From positions 448,410-512,409 of the forward strand of contig JBMORP010000006.1 of the NCBI GenBank assembly GCA_049322655.1: a stretch of DNA of 64,000 nucleotides. The letters run 5' to 3'. How positions within the stretch are numbered: position 1 is the first letter of the stretch; each line of letters starts with the position of its first letter. The stretch comes from Patescibacteria group bacterium. Its GTDB lineage: Bacteria; Patescibacteriota; Microgenomatia; UBA1400; PJMF01. The notes under the pieces are model-generated. The model was given only the letters and a program-made list of their open reading frames with translations, was not told where the DNA came from and did not search any database. A program made the position numbers and the translations under genes. This document shows, one piece after another, positions 37,153-47,540 of the stretch.

Positions 37153-38976
37153 GTGTCAAAATTTCAACTGACACCAGTTACCGGCCTGCCTCAAGTCGAT
37201 GGTTGGGCTCAAGTGATTTCTCATCCCTCTGGCTCATTCTTTTGTGTGTTGGCTGTTCAAGGTCAAAATGCTAACTCAATTGGTAAAAACTTAACTGAGT
37301 TCTTGCTCTCTCAAGAAATTAATACTAGCGCGTCTCTTCACCACGTTTTACTAGATTTATTACAAAAAGCCAGAGCCGAGCTTTGTAAAATTCAACTAGC
37401 TTGTCTAACCATAGGTGAAAAAAACAAAGTGATTGCAGCCACCCACAGTGGTTCTGTGCTACTCAAAAGAAATGGAAAGATCGGCGAAATTCTTTTTTCA
37501 ACTGGAGAACTAAAAATTATTGAAGGTGTTCTTCAAGATGGAGATCTCTTCAGCATCGCCACTGAAGAAGCCAAAGATACTTTTTCAAATCTCAAAGAAA
37601 AACTAGCTAATAAAACTGAAGAAATTGCCACCAAACTAGTTTCGGAATTACAAGATAATCAAACTTCCTCCTTGGTTGCTGTGGGACTACTAGAAGAAAC
37701 AATAATCGAAGTAGATTCAACCACTAAAAAAGTTAATAGAAAAGTTTTTAAAGAAAAACTAGCTAACTTAATTAACTATTCCAGAAAAGTTAATCTAAAA
37801 AACTTGTTCTTAGTTCCCAAAAAAATCAGTACTAAAATTAATTTTTCTAAAGAAAAAGTTACCTTAGAACAACAAAATAATCTGCAGTTGTTTTTGAAAA
37901 TAGCCTTTTTCTTGATTACTGTTTTTGTAGCAATTATTTTTTGGAAACAACAAGCCATTAAAAAAGAACTTGAGCCAATTACTCCTGTTTTAGAAAATAT
38001 TGACCAAAGATTTGAACAACTAAAAAACAACGATCGAACCAGTCAGCTTGAACTAAGAACAGAATCTAGAAACTTACTTAAAGAACTAGAAGATCTCATT
38101 ACCCAAAATAAAGATAACAAATACAGTTTAGAAGCTATTAAAAAACAATATCAAGAAATTCAAGCATTCAGTGAAACTATCTCTGGAGTAGAAACCCAAG
38201 GACCTCTAGATCCATTTTTTGACTTAAGGCTGGCTGAACCAGAATTTATTGAAAAACAAACCAGCCTTGACGGGCAACAACTTTTTGCATTAGATGCTGC
38301 TGGTGAATATGGTATTTATTTAGATTTAACTAACAAACAAACCACCAAATTTGATTTAGGAAAAGTTGAAGTTAGTACCAAAGCTATTGCTATTGGAGAA
38401 AACTCTTTATTTGCTCTAGGCAATGGGATCCATGTTTTCAACCTTACAGACCCTGAAAAACACCAACAACTCAAGGAAGAAGGAGACTCAGACCGTGGCG
38501 GTACAATTATTAAGGCTTACGGTCCATATATTTATATCTTTAACCCTGAAAAAAGAAATATTTATCGCTACCTACTTAAAGATGAAGAACTTAGTGAGCC
38601 AATTGGCTGGTTAATAGATAAACAAGATTTAGATTTTTCTGCAGTTGAATCAATGGCTGTTGATGGAGATCTATGGTTAACAGATAACAACGGTCAAATC
38701 TTCAAATATACTCAAGGGCAAAAACAAGACTTCACTATTAAGGATTTACCCACAACCTTAGGTAAAACTATCAAAATTGCGGCCTCTGAAAACAATGACT
38801 ACTTATACATTTTGGACAAAGACCAACAAAAAGTCGTGATTCTACAAAAAGATGGCCAGTTTGTTAAAGAAATTAGCAGTGAATCGCTCTCTTCTGGTGG
38901 AAATATCGTTGCTTTAACTGATAAACCAGGCGCTCTAGTTATTAGTGGTTCACTTATCTATCAGCTATTCCCTTAA
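37153..38976 (+). CDS. Hypothetical membrane protein with central TM/coiled-coil and C-terminal beta-propeller-like repeats
   Basis: TM FLKIAFFLITVFVAIIFW; C-terminal repeats (DGDLWLTDNNGQIFKY, YLYILDKDQQKVVILQKDGQFV); no confident family. Confidence 0.45.
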   Translation: MSKFQLTPVTGLPQVDGWAQVISHPSGSFFCVLAVQGQNANSIGKNLTEFLLSQEINTSASLHHVLLDLLQKARAELCKIQLACLTIGEKNKVIAATHSGSVLLKRNGKIGEILFSTGELKIIEGVLQDGDLFSIATEEAKDTFSNLKEKLANKTEEIATKLVSELQDNQTSSLVAVGLLEETIIEVDSTTKKVNRKVFKEKLANLINYSRKVNLKNLFLVPKKISTKINFSKEKVTLEQQNNLQLFLKIAFFLITVFVAIIFWKQQAIKKELEPITPVLENIDQRFEQLKNNDRTSQLELRTESRNLLKELEDLITQNKDNKYSLEAIKKQYQEIQAFSETISGVETQGPLDPFFDLRLAEPEFIEKQTSLDGQQLFALDAAGEYGIYLDLTNKQTTKFDLGKVEVSTKAIAIGENSLFALGNGIHVFNLTDPEKHQQLKEEGDSDRGGTIIKAYGPYIYIFNPEKRNIYRYLLKDEELSEPIGWLIDKQDLDFSAVESMAVDGDLWLTDNNGQIFKYTQGQKQDFTIKDLPTTLGKTIKIAASENNDYLYILDKDQQKVVILQKDGQFVKEISSESLSSGGNIVALTDKPGALVISGSLIYQLFP

Positions 38977-39001
38977 CCTCTGGTATACTACCAGATATAG
39001 T

Positions 39002-39454
39002 ATGCTGTTGCTAAAAAATAAAAAAGCTTTCCATCAGTATGAGATCAAAGAGAAAATTCAAGCAGGAATTGTTCTCACTGGTCCTGAAGTTAAAAGTCTC
39101 CGCAATAAAAGTGGCAGTTTAACTGGTAGTTACGTCAAAGTTTTAAATAATGAATTATTTTTACTTGGCACCCAAATTACTCCTTATAAATTTGCTGATA
39201 ATAGTAATTACGACCCCAAAAGAACTAGAAAGTTACTAGTTAAAAAAAGACAAATTTTTCACATCATGACTGTTACTGACAAAAAAGGTTGGGCCGCTGT
39301 GCCACTATCGATTGAATTAGAAGGAAAAAATATCAAGTTAGTTATTGGACTAGGTCGTGGTAAACAAGAATTTGAAAAAAGAGAAGTTTTGAAAAATAGA
39401 GCGCTAAAAAGAGCAATGCAAAAAGAAATTAAGCAAGCACATCTAAAGTTCTAA
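39002..39454 (+). CDS. smpB: SsrA-binding protein SmpB (start at ATG 39002; ORF track starts at 38945)
   Basis: LLKNKKAFHQYEIKEKIQAGIVLTGPEVKS aligns with E. coli SmpB; Lys/Arg-rich C-terminal tail. Confidence 0.85.
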   Translation: MLLLKNKKAFHQYEIKEKIQAGIVLTGPEVKSLRNKSGSLTGSYVKVLNNELFLLGTQITPYKFADNSNYDPKRTRKLLVKKRQIFHIMTVTDKKGWAAVPLSIELEGKNIKLVIGLGRGKQEFEKREVLKNRALKRAMQKEIKQAHLKF

Positions 39455-39515
39455 ACTGTAAAAACATTACCTAATACCCAATTCCTACCCAACACCCCTT
39501 TCCCCCCGTGGGTAA

Positions 39516-41150
39516 GTGTCTCACCACAACCTGACAATTTTCGGTTGTTTTGCTGCTGGTGCCTTTTTGATAAAAAAAGTAAGATTATTTTTAATGACGC
39601 TAAAGAAAAAAATTACCAAGTTAATACCATGGTTACTTTTCTTAGTTCTTGCTTTCACTTATACCTTCATCTTAGCCAAACCGATTGATTTAACTATCAC
39701 CGATATTGGTCGTCATTTAGTTAATGGTCGAGAAATTATCAATCAACACTGGCAAGTAGTCTTCACAAACACCTACTCATATACCATGCCAGATCAAAAC
39801 TTCATCAATCATCATTGGTTAACTGGTGTAATATTTTGGCTAATTTTTTCAGTTGGAGATTTTTTTTACTTACATCTTTTTCATACTGTTATCTTGTTAA
39901 GTTTTCTAGGTTGTTTTTTTTACTTACTGAGAAGTAAAAGCTCCACTAGTGTTGGCTTTTTTGTCAGTCTATTAGCTTTAGTTTTTTTGGCAACTAGAAC
40001 AGAAATTAGACCAGAAAGTTTTGGTTACTTATTAAGCTCAATTTATCTGATTATCATCAACCACATTCAAAAAACTAAAAAAATTAGTTTTAAAACCATA
40101 GCTGGAGTTTTTTTGTTACAACTGATTTGGGTAAACCTGCATATTTCTTTTGTCTTTGGTTTGTTTGTTTTTGGACTGTTTGGCTTATTAGAACTAGGCT
40201 CTCAACACACTTTAAAAAAAGAAAACAAAAGAAATTTAATTATCCTGCTCATCGTTATTGTTTTAACTGCTCTTTTTAATCCCAATACCATTCAAGGAGC
40301 CCTGACTCCATTCACAATTTTTCAAGATTATGGCTACAAAGTTTTTGAAAACCAAAATCTATGGTTTCTCAGGTCTTTTTATCCTGGCCCAATTATTCCC
40401 CTGTTTTACTTGACTGCAATCACAACTATTGTGTTTCTTTTTGTTTTTTCAGAAGCGCCGCTCTTTGACAAAGCCTTGGCTGTAACTGGTATTTTTTTGG
40501 GTTGGACAGCTTTGAGAAATATGCCAATCTTTGTAATTTTTGCTTTTCCTTTTTTGGCTATCGCTCTACAAGAACTAATTAAAAATTTAAAAAATAACTT
40601 CACCTTTGAAGAACCAAAACTTGCTCGATTTTTATTTTTAATTATCCCTTTGATTATGTTCTGGTTAACTTTAGCCTTTCATCCTTTTTTCAAAAAAAAT
40701 AGCAAAGCTTTTGAGTTTGGTTTAATTAATGGTCAACAAGAAACGATCGAATTTTTACAAAAACTTCCAGAAGGAAGTCGTATTTTCAATAATTATGATG
40801 TTGGCAGTGCCTTGGTTTTCTCTCTCTATCCCAAACAAAAAGTATTTGTCGATAATCGACCAGAAGCCTACTCTTCTTCATTCTTTCAAAACCTCTATAT
40901 TCCAGCTCAAAGCAGTGAAACCACCTGGGAAAAAGCCGTTTTAACTTACCAGTTTGACTTTATCATTTTTGGTCATAGAGATATTACTCCCTGGGCTCAA
41001 ATCTTTATCAAAAATAGATTAAGAGATAGCAACTGGAAAATGATCTATATTGACGATTTTATTTTCATTTTTGCCAAGGACACTCCAGATAATAAAACAC
41101 TAATTGAACAGTATTCAGTAGAAGTCCCCTTGTCTCGACTTAAAATTTAA
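39516..41150 (+). CDS. Polytopic membrane protein, possibly GT-C-like glycosyltransferase (AT-rich)
   Basis: ~12 TM helices, first loop ITDIGRHLVNGREII; architecture similar to the gene at 29362..30717; start may be at ATG 39594. Confidence 0.45.
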   Translation: MSHHNLTIFGCFAAGAFLIKKVRLFLMTLKKKITKLIPWLLFLVLAFTYTFILAKPIDLTITDIGRHLVNGREIINQHWQVVFTNTYSYTMPDQNFINHHWLTGVIFWLIFSVGDFFYLHLFHTVILLSFLGCFFYLLRSKSSTSVGFFVSLLALVFLATRTEIRPESFGYLLSSIYLIIINHIQKTKKISFKTIAGVFLLQLIWVNLHISFVFGLFVFGLFGLLELGSQHTLKKENKRNLIILLIVIVLTALFNPNTIQGALTPFTIFQDYGYKVFENQNLWFLRSFYPGPIIPLFYLTAITTIVFLFVFSEAPLFDKALAVTGIFLGWTALRNMPIFVIFAFPFLAIALQELIKNLKNNFTFEEPKLARFLFLIIPLIMFWLTLAFHPFFKKNSKAFEFGLINGQQETIEFLQKLPEGSRIFNNYDVGSALVFSLYPKQKVFVDNRPEAYSSSFFQNLYIPAQSSETTWEKAVLTYQFDFIIFGHRDITPWAQIFIKNRLRDSNWKMIYIDDFIFIFAKDTPDNKTLIEQYSVEVPLSRLKI

Positions 41151-41229
41151 TTTACTATCAATAGTACAGGTTATCTGCCTCTTCTCATTAATTAGTACTA
41201 GTTAGAGAAGCTTAACCTCAAAGGAAATT

Positions 41230-41448
41230 ATGCCTAAAAAAGTATTTTGGCCAGTAAGTTTAGTCATTATGGGTTTAATTTTTTTAGCCTCTAATATGGG
41301 CTATTTACCAGCTAGATTTTGGAATCTTTGGCCAATTATTTTGATCGTAGTTGGTTTGGGTGGTTTGCTCACTTCAGATAGAGATGAATGGATAGAAGAA
41401 CCAAAGAAAAAAACTGCCAAAAAAAGAACTACTAAGAAAAGAAAATAA
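41230..41448 (+). CDS. Small membrane protein (72 aa) with Lys-rich tail
   Basis: Two predicted TM helices; ORF only. Confidence 0.3.
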   Translation: MPKKVFWPVSLVIMGLIFLASNMGYLPARFWNLWPIILIVVGLGGLLTSDRDEWIEEPKKKTAKKRTTKKRK

Positions 41449-41461
41449 AAATTAAAGTAAA

Positions 41462-41497
41462 GAAGAAGGGGTCAAATTTACCCCTTCTTTTTTTACC
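41462..41497 (+). terminator. Rho-independent terminator AGAAGGGGT-caaattt-ACCCCTTCT + T8
   Basis: 9-bp stem and T-run. Confidence 0.7.
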
Positions 41498-41509
41498 TAG
41501 AAAGATCAT

Positions 41510-42211
41510 ATGGGCAGTAATTACTTTCATATAGCTATCGATGGACCAGTTGCAGCTGGTAAAGGAACTGTTTCTAGATTAGTTGCCCAAAGACTAAATT
41601 TCTTATATGTCGATACCGGTGCCATGTATCGCATGACAGCCTATCTGGCTTTTACTCATAACGTGCCCTATTCCAACGAACAAACAATTGTTGAATTAAT
41701 TAAAAAATCAAAAATGGAGATGAGAAATCCCAATGATAAAGAAAAAGATGGCCGATTAACAACCGTGTTCTTGGACGATGATGACGTTTCCTGGAAAATT
41801 AGAACCGAAGAAATCAGCCAAGGCTCATCAAAAGTAGCTGTTCTACCAGCGGTCAGAAAAGTATTAGTTGAAAAACAACAACAAATAGCCAAAGGCCAGA
41901 ATGTCATTATGGAAGGACGTGATATCACTCACACGGTTCTACCCGAAGCAGAATTAAAAATCTATTTAACAGCCAAAACCAAAGAAAGAGCTGAAAGAAG
42001 ATTACTCCAACTTCAACAAAAAGGCATCGATACCACTTTACAACAAGTGATGAGTGATATTGAACAAAGAGATGAAAGAGATATGAATCGAGCCACTGAT
42101 CCACTCAAAAAAATACCTGAAGCTTGGGAAATAGATACTTCTAATTTATCAATCGAAAAAGTAGTTGATAAAATTGTCGCTAAAGTAGAAGCAATGAGAA
42201 TAAAAAAATGA
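41510..42211 (+). CDS. cmk: Cytidylate kinase
   Basis: IAIDGPVAAGKGTVSRLVAQRL...YVDTGAMYR; 233 aa. Confidence 0.9.
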   Translation: MGSNYFHIAIDGPVAAGKGTVSRLVAQRLNFLYVDTGAMYRMTAYLAFTHNVPYSNEQTIVELIKKSKMEMRNPNDKEKDGRLTTVFLDDDDVSWKIRTEEISQGSSKVAVLPAVRKVLVEKQQQIAKGQNVIMEGRDITHTVLPEAELKIYLTAKTKERAERRLLQLQQKGIDTTLQQVMSDIEQRDERDMNRATDPLKKIPEAWEIDTSNLSIEKVVDKIVAKVEAMRIKK

Positions 42212-42405
42212 CCAAAGATCCTGAAGAAATTAAAGATATCCAAGAAAAAACTATTAAAACAGAAGAAAAACTGCTCAAAAAGAAAAAAGAACGAGACAGT
42301 AAAAATCCAAAAGAAGAAACTTCTGCTCAAGAAAAACTAATCGCTCCAACTTTACTAGTGATTACTCTGTTGTTGTCTTACCTTATTTATCTTTTTAAAA
42401 ACTAG
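42208..42405 (+). CDS. Small Lys/Glu-rich protein with C-terminal TM (65 aa)
   Basis: ORF overlapping the cmk stop by 4 nt; weak. Confidence 0.3.
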   Translation: MTKDPEEIKDIQEKTIKTEEKLLKKKKERDSKNPKEETSAQEKLIAPTLLVITLLLSYLIYLFKN

Positions 42406-44813
42406 TTACTAATCATTGCTCCTCCACCCAATTGGTCTCGTGGTTGTTCTTTATCTTTTGGCAGAAATGAATTTTCATTACAAGCAAATCTTGGTTCTTG
42501 CCCCTTGATAAAAATTTCTTTGCTTATATAAGGACATTGTTGACAGGGTAAAGTCCCAGTGGCTTTACAAATCGACACCTCAACCAAACCTTCAGGTAAA
42601 ACAAATTGATGGGGCTCATTATCATCAAGTAATAACCTCATTACTTTGTTCCAGATTGGTGAAGCTCCAGTAATACCAGAAGCAACATAGCTCATTGGTG
42701 TATTGTCGTTGTTACCCACCCAAACAGCCACTAAGCGGTCAGTAGTATAACCAACTGCCCAGTTATCTCGCAAACTATTAGTTGTCCCGGTTTTAACCGC
42801 AACTTGTTGGTTTGGGATATTTAAAACCGAGTAAGGACCAAAGGCAGGAGTTCGAGCTGTGTTGTCTGCCAAGATATCACTGATCAAAAACGATGCTTCT
42901 GGAGAAAAAACCTGGTTATCAAAACAATCTCTTTGCTCAAAAACACACTTGTTTTCATACCAAGTTTGACCATCGTTAGTGTGCACTTCTAATAAAGGAT
43001 TTAATTTCGCCAAATTACCTTGATTAGCAAAAACACCATAAACCTGTGACAACTCAAACATCGTCACTTCACCACCGCCTAAAGTTAAAGATAAACCAAA
43101 ACGACTTCTGTCTTTCCAAGTAGTAATACCAGCTTCTTCTGCTTTGTCTAAAAATTGATTAAGACCAATCTCTGCTAACGTTTTTACAGCTGGAATATTG
43201 TAAGAAGAAGCTAACGCTTCTCTTAAAGTAACCAAACCATGAAACTTTCCATCATAGTTTTGTGGAGCATAAGGTGGACTACCAACTGTCTGATAAACAA
43301 TCGGCGAATCATCAATAATCGTTGATGGGCTCTTACCATTTTCTAGAGCAATAGCATAAGTTAAAGGTTTGATTGACGAACCTGGTTGTCTAGGTCTTAA
43401 AACGACATTGACTTGGCCATCATGGGCAAAATCAAAGTAGTCTTTAGAACCCACCATAGCCAAGATTTCACCGGTTTCTGGCTTGGTTACCAAGACTGCT
43501 CCATTGCCCACTTTTAGCGCTTCTAATCTAAGCAGTTCTTGAGCTAAAATCTGCTCGACCTCTTTTTGTAAATCTAGGTCCAAAGTCGTTCTAACCTCAA
43601 AACCGGCTGTTTGTAGAACATCTTCCCCATATTTTTCAGCCAAAAGTTTTTTAACGTACATGACAAAATGTGGTGCCTGAATATCGATTTTATCTTCAGC
43701 AAAAACTATTTTGGTTTGCTGTGCTTCAACTAACTGTTGGTGAGAAATATAGCCATCTTCAAACATTCTTCTCAAAACTTCTTCCTGTCTAGCAAAAGCC
43801 AATTCAGGATTAGAACCAAAAGGTGAATAAATCGAAGGAGCAGCCGGCAAACCAGCCAATAAAGCTGCTTCTGCTAAGTTCAAATCTCTCGCTGATTTAT
43901 TAAAGTAACGCCAAGCAGCCTCTTCAACTCCATAAGTTGAACCTCCATAAGAAACTTGATTTAAATACATTTCCAAAATCTCATCCTTGTTATAAACCCC
44001 CTCTGTTAAAACCGCCAAAACTAATTCTCTAATTTTTCTTTGAACAGTTCTTTCTGGACTAAGTAAGCGATTTTTGATTAATTGCTGAGTAATAGTTGAG
44101 CCTCCTTGTTTAATCGTTTCTTCTTTTGAATTAGCAACCAAAGCTCTCGTAATTCCAGTTAAAGAAAAGCCATGATGGTGATAAAAATCTTTGTCTTCGA
44201 TAGCAATCGTCGCGTTAATCAAGTATGGAGAAACAGCTGCTAAAGGAACTAAAGTTCTATTTTCGTCTTCATAGATTCTAAATAAAACTTTACCATTTCT
44301 ATCCAAAATTCTAGTTGTCTGCAGTGGCTTTTTTTGAGTTAAATCTAAAACAGAAGGTAATCCTTTAAAAACATAATCATAGCTAAACCAAGAAAAGCTA
44401 AGAATTAACACTGTAAAAAAAGCAGACCAGAAATTAACCCAAGCAATTCTGGGTAAAAAATAAACTTTAGTTATTTTTTTAGGTCGGCCTCTTTTTCTTT
44501 TAGCGCCAAAAAAAATTAATAACTTCTTTTGCAAAAAATAATATTTTTTAAAAAAAATTAAATAATTTTGTTCTATTTTTTTGAAAAATATTTTTTTTCT
44601 AGCTGAATAATCTTGAAAAAATTTAGAAGTTTTTCTTGGACGACCTTTTTTACGGTAAAAACCAAGCTTAACTAAAACTGCATAACCTCTGGAATATGTT
44701 TCATCTAAGTATTTATTCCAGTTTTTTTTCTTTTTTTTAAAATAAACAATAATATTTTTTCTGAAGTGATAAAAAAAAGATTTTTTTGGTCGTCCTCTTT
44801 TCCTGCTGGCCAT
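42402..44813 (-). CDS. Class A penicillin-binding protein (PBP1A: GT51 transglycosylase + transpeptidase) with AT-hook-like repeats in the cytoplasmic N-tail; probable ATG at 44813
   Basis: GT51 motifs (AIEDKDFYHHHG, GGSTITQQL); TPase SSIKP (SxxK), SYN, KTGTT; N-tail has RKRGRPKK, KKGRPRK, KRKRGRPKK before the TM helix. Confidence 0.9.
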   Translation of the reverse strand: MASRKRGRPKKSFFYHFRKNIIVYFKKKKKNWNKYLDETYSRGYAVLVKLGFYRKKGRPRKTSKFFQDYSARKKIFFKKIEQNYLIFFKKYYFLQKKLLIFFGAKRKRGRPKKITKVYFLPRIAWVNFWSAFFTVLILSFSWFSYDYVFKGLPSVLDLTQKKPLQTTRILDRNGKVLFRIYEDENRTLVPLAAVSPYLINATIAIEDKDFYHHHGFSLTGITRALVANSKEETIKQGGSTITQQLIKNRLLSPERTVQRKIRELVLAVLTEGVYNKDEILEMYLNQVSYGGSTYGVEEAAWRYFNKSARDLNLAEAALLAGLPAAPSIYSPFGSNPELAFARQEEVLRRMFEDGYISHQQLVEAQQTKIVFAEDKIDIQAPHFVMYVKKLLAEKYGEDVLQTAGFEVRTTLDLDLQKEVEQILAQELLRLEALKVGNGAVLVTKPETGEILAMVGSKDYFDFAHDGQVNVVLRPRQPGSSIKPLTYAIALENGKSPSTIIDDSPIVYQTVGSPPYAPQNYDGKFHGLVTLREALASSYNIPAVKTLAEIGLNQFLDKAEEAGITTWKDRSRFGLSLTLGGGEVTMFELSQVYGVFANQGNLAKLNPLLEVHTNDGQTWYENKCVFEQRDCFDNQVFSPEASFLISDILADNTARTPAFGPYSVLNIPNQQVAVKTGTTNSLRDNWAVGYTTDRLVAVWVGNNDNTPMSYVASGITGASPIWNKVMRLLLDDNEPHQFVLPEGLVEVSICKATGTLPCQQCPYISKEIFIKGQEPRFACNENSFLPKDKEQPRDQLGGGAMISN

Positions 44814-44882
44814 GCTAGGCGAGATTATAACAAAACTCCCCACTAAATAGTGGGGAGAAATAAGCAATAAAAATTTTATTTT

Positions 44883-47054
44883 TTAGATTGGGCAAGCACC
44901 ACTTTCACATTTGAGATGGTCCAAGTTAATGTCTTCCAGCAAGCCATCTTCATCACTAATTTCACGAATAACTTTCATAAATTCATTGATATTAATTGCT
45001 TCTTCTGGTTGATATTCATAAGCTGTTGCATCAATCTTGGGCATCACACTACAAGTTCTAATTTGTGGCTGATATTTGGTTACCATCGCTTTGAATTTTT
45101 GATAGGAAACTTTATCTGGATCATATTTCAAAGTATAAGAAACTTGGTTACCAGTATCAGGTTCTAATGGTTTGCCAGCTTCATCGATACCTCTAATCCA
45201 ATATTTTTCTAGTAACATCAACCATTTATATTGTTCTTCAGGAGTAGCTTCAGCGGCAGTAACTAATTGGCCATTCATTCCCAATTTACAGATTTCTGGT
45301 TGAGTGGGAAAACCAACGACCGTAGTCCCTGGATAGCTTTTTAGTTCTCTAACTGGGTAACCCATTTTCTTATATTTCTTAACTAGTGGATCATCCTCTC
45401 TAAACTGCACCCAACGAATATATTCCCTCATGGCTGGTAAATGAGCTCCTTCAGAAAGACCAAAAAGTTTTGATGTAGTACCAGCTGGTTTAATCGTGGT
45501 ATTAGTATGAGGCAAATTAACTCCCAATTTTTTGGAGTATTTTTCAGCTTCATCAACCACTGCTCTTTTAAATCTAGCAATAGTTAACCAAAAGTCTTTA
45601 GCTTTTTTTTCATCAATTAAATCTCTAAAGCTGTAACCAAAAGCATTCCAAGCATACTCGTGAATACCAGTCATCCCCACTCCAATTCGGTTAGTTCTTT
45701 TAACCTCCCTGGTGTAAAGAGAATCCATGGTGTTAGTTCTAATCAAAGCTCTGGTAGCAACTCTGAAAGCTTCTTCAGCTGCTTCAACATCTGGAGCATG
45801 ATATGGCACCACATCAGCAATCACACAATAACCACCCAACATGTTAAGAGTAATCTCTCCACAAGGGTTGGGAATCTGCGTATAGTATTTAGCACCAGCT
45901 TTTTTAGCTACCTTGGCTAGTAATTTTCGAGCATTATTAGTTGGTTGATATTTTTTACTATCAGCATATTTACCATCAACATAACCGTTAAAACCTTTGT
46001 CATTTTGCACATACTTATGTTGATTAACAAAACCTGGCTCTCCAGTTTTGTCGTAGTAAGCTGCTTTCAAGATAGCATCCAAAACTTTCTTTGAATGTTT
46101 GGTTTTTTGTTTCCAAAACTTGTCATCAACAGCAACACTATTGTTAGCAGACCACAAAAAGCCACCTTTCTTGATCGAGATAAAATCAAAAATACCAGCA
46201 TCAGTCCAAGTTTTAACCGCAATTCTAGCGGCTCTTCTAGCGCCACCCACCAATACACACTCTGACAAATAGTGATCGACAAAAATAGTTTGTCGCCATG
46301 GTTCCATACCAGAATTTTTCACTGTCGCCACTTTCTGAATTGCTTTCATTAAAGGTCTGGGACCAGAAGCTGGTCTGTTCTGCATTCCTTTAATCTTGGC
46401 GCCTTTAGGTCTAACTTTGGAAAAATCAATAATTAACAAATCATCTTTGTATTTTTTCTCAAAGGCCATGGTTTCAATCTTCTCAATTGCTTGAGCCCAA
46501 CCTTCGCGCGTATCTGGTACCTCAAACCAAAAAACTTTACCATATTTATGCTTGGCATCTCGCACACTCTCATCTTCACCCCAAATAAAGTCTGGATGAT
46601 TCTCGTCTAAAACACAACGAATGATGGGCATCTGGTCCCAATCAACCACCATTAAATCATCATCATAGGCTCTACCCACACCAGAGCCATTCAACAATAA
46701 GTAAAATAACAAGAAAGAACTAGAAGCAGTACTACAGTTCGTAAAAACCTCCATATTTCTGCTGGGTTGAGTCTCATCACCATGTTGAAGGTGGCGACCA
46801 CTCATTAATAAAGAAGCATTAGCAATGTGTTTTTTTAATAATTCGTACTCAGCTTGTTGGTGTTTTTTGTCATTCTTAACCAACAAAGAATTGCCCAAGG
46901 CAACTCGGTCAGCTACTTCACTCCAAGTCTCAAGGTTGCCTTTTTCATCAGTACGCAAAATAGTTCTCTTAGCAACAGCTTCACCCAAGCCCTTAGCCAA
47001 TCTTCTATCGGTAAATTTCATTTTTTTCTTTGGTAGTGCTCCCGCTTGGGTCAT
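44883..47054 (-). CDS. nrdJ: Class II (adenosylcobalamin-dependent) ribonucleotide reductase
   Basis: 723 aa monomeric type; active-site NPCGEI motif, C-terminal Cys pair (CESGACPI); 21 nt downstream of nrdR. Confidence 0.7.
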   Translation of the reverse strand: MTQAGALPKKKMKFTDRRLAKGLGEAVAKRTILRTDEKGNLETWSEVADRVALGNSLLVKNDKKHQQAEYELLKKHIANASLLMSGRHLQHGDETQPSRNMEVFTNCSTASSSFLLFYLLLNGSGVGRAYDDDLMVVDWDQMPIIRCVLDENHPDFIWGEDESVRDAKHKYGKVFWFEVPDTREGWAQAIEKIETMAFEKKYKDDLLIIDFSKVRPKGAKIKGMQNRPASGPRPLMKAIQKVATVKNSGMEPWRQTIFVDHYLSECVLVGGARRAARIAVKTWTDAGIFDFISIKKGGFLWSANNSVAVDDKFWKQKTKHSKKVLDAILKAAYYDKTGEPGFVNQHKYVQNDKGFNGYVDGKYADSKKYQPTNNARKLLAKVAKKAGAKYYTQIPNPCGEITLNMLGGYCVIADVVPYHAPDVEAAEEAFRVATRALIRTNTMDSLYTREVKRTNRIGVGMTGIHEYAWNAFGYSFRDLIDEKKAKDFWLTIARFKRAVVDEAEKYSKKLGVNLPHTNTTIKPAGTTSKLFGLSEGAHLPAMREYIRWVQFREDDPLVKKYKKMGYPVRELKSYPGTTVVGFPTQPEICKLGMNGQLVTAAEATPEEQYKWLMLLEKYWIRGIDEAGKPLEPDTGNQVSYTLKYDPDKVSYQKFKAMVTKYQPQIRTCSVMPKIDATAYEYQPEEAININEFMKVIREISDEDGLLEDINLDHLKCESGACPI

Positions 47055-47075
47055 TGCTCCCTTTCCGTTTGATTA

Positions 47076-47525
47076 TTATTTTTCTAATTTGCTAATCTCA
47101 CCCTTAAAGTCTTCTAGACTGTCAAAATCTCGATAAACAGTCGCAAATAACAAGTAAGCCAAAGGATCTAGTTTTTTTAGTCTATTAATGACTAAATTAC
47201 CTATCTCCCAACTTTTGATCTCGGTAACATGCTTATCTCTAATTTTCGATTCAACCTCATTAATTAAAGTATCAATTTCTGCCACGGAGACAGGCCTTTT
47301 CCAAGTTGCTTTGATTAAACCTCTTTTGATTTTTTCCCGACTAAAGAACTCTTTAGAACCATTTTTTTTGATTACTTTTAAATCAATTCCTTCTGCACGT
47401 TCATAAGTAGTGAAACGACGTTTGCAACTTTCACATTCACGTCTCCTGCGAGTAGCCTCACCACCCTCGGCATCTCTGGAGTCAATGACTGCTAAATTGC
47501 TTTCTTTACAAAAAGGACACAACAT
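47076..47525 (-). CDS. nrdR: Transcriptional repressor NrdR (zinc ribbon + ATP-cone); start at ATG 47525
   Basis: MLCPFCK...CESCKRRFTTYE plus ATP-cone. Confidence 0.9.
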   Translation of the reverse strand: MLCPFCKESNLAVIDSRDAEGGEATRRRRECESCKRRFTTYERAEGIDLKVIKKNGSKEFFSREKIKRGLIKATWKRPVSVAEIDTLINEVESKIRDKHVTEIKSWEIGNLVINRLKKLDPLAYLLFATVYRDFDSLEDFKGEISKLEK

Positions 47526-47540
47526 ATTCTCTTCCCAATA

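Noticed and set aside
39455-39515. C-rich stretch after smpB (CACCCCTTTCCCCCCGTGGGTAAG) examined as a possible tmRNA (ssrA) start
   Set aside because: No tRNA-like acceptor/T-arm (GGxxTTCGAxTCC) or tag-peptide reading frame could be found nearby. The next feature is a membrane-protein ORF. ssrA is probably elsewhere.
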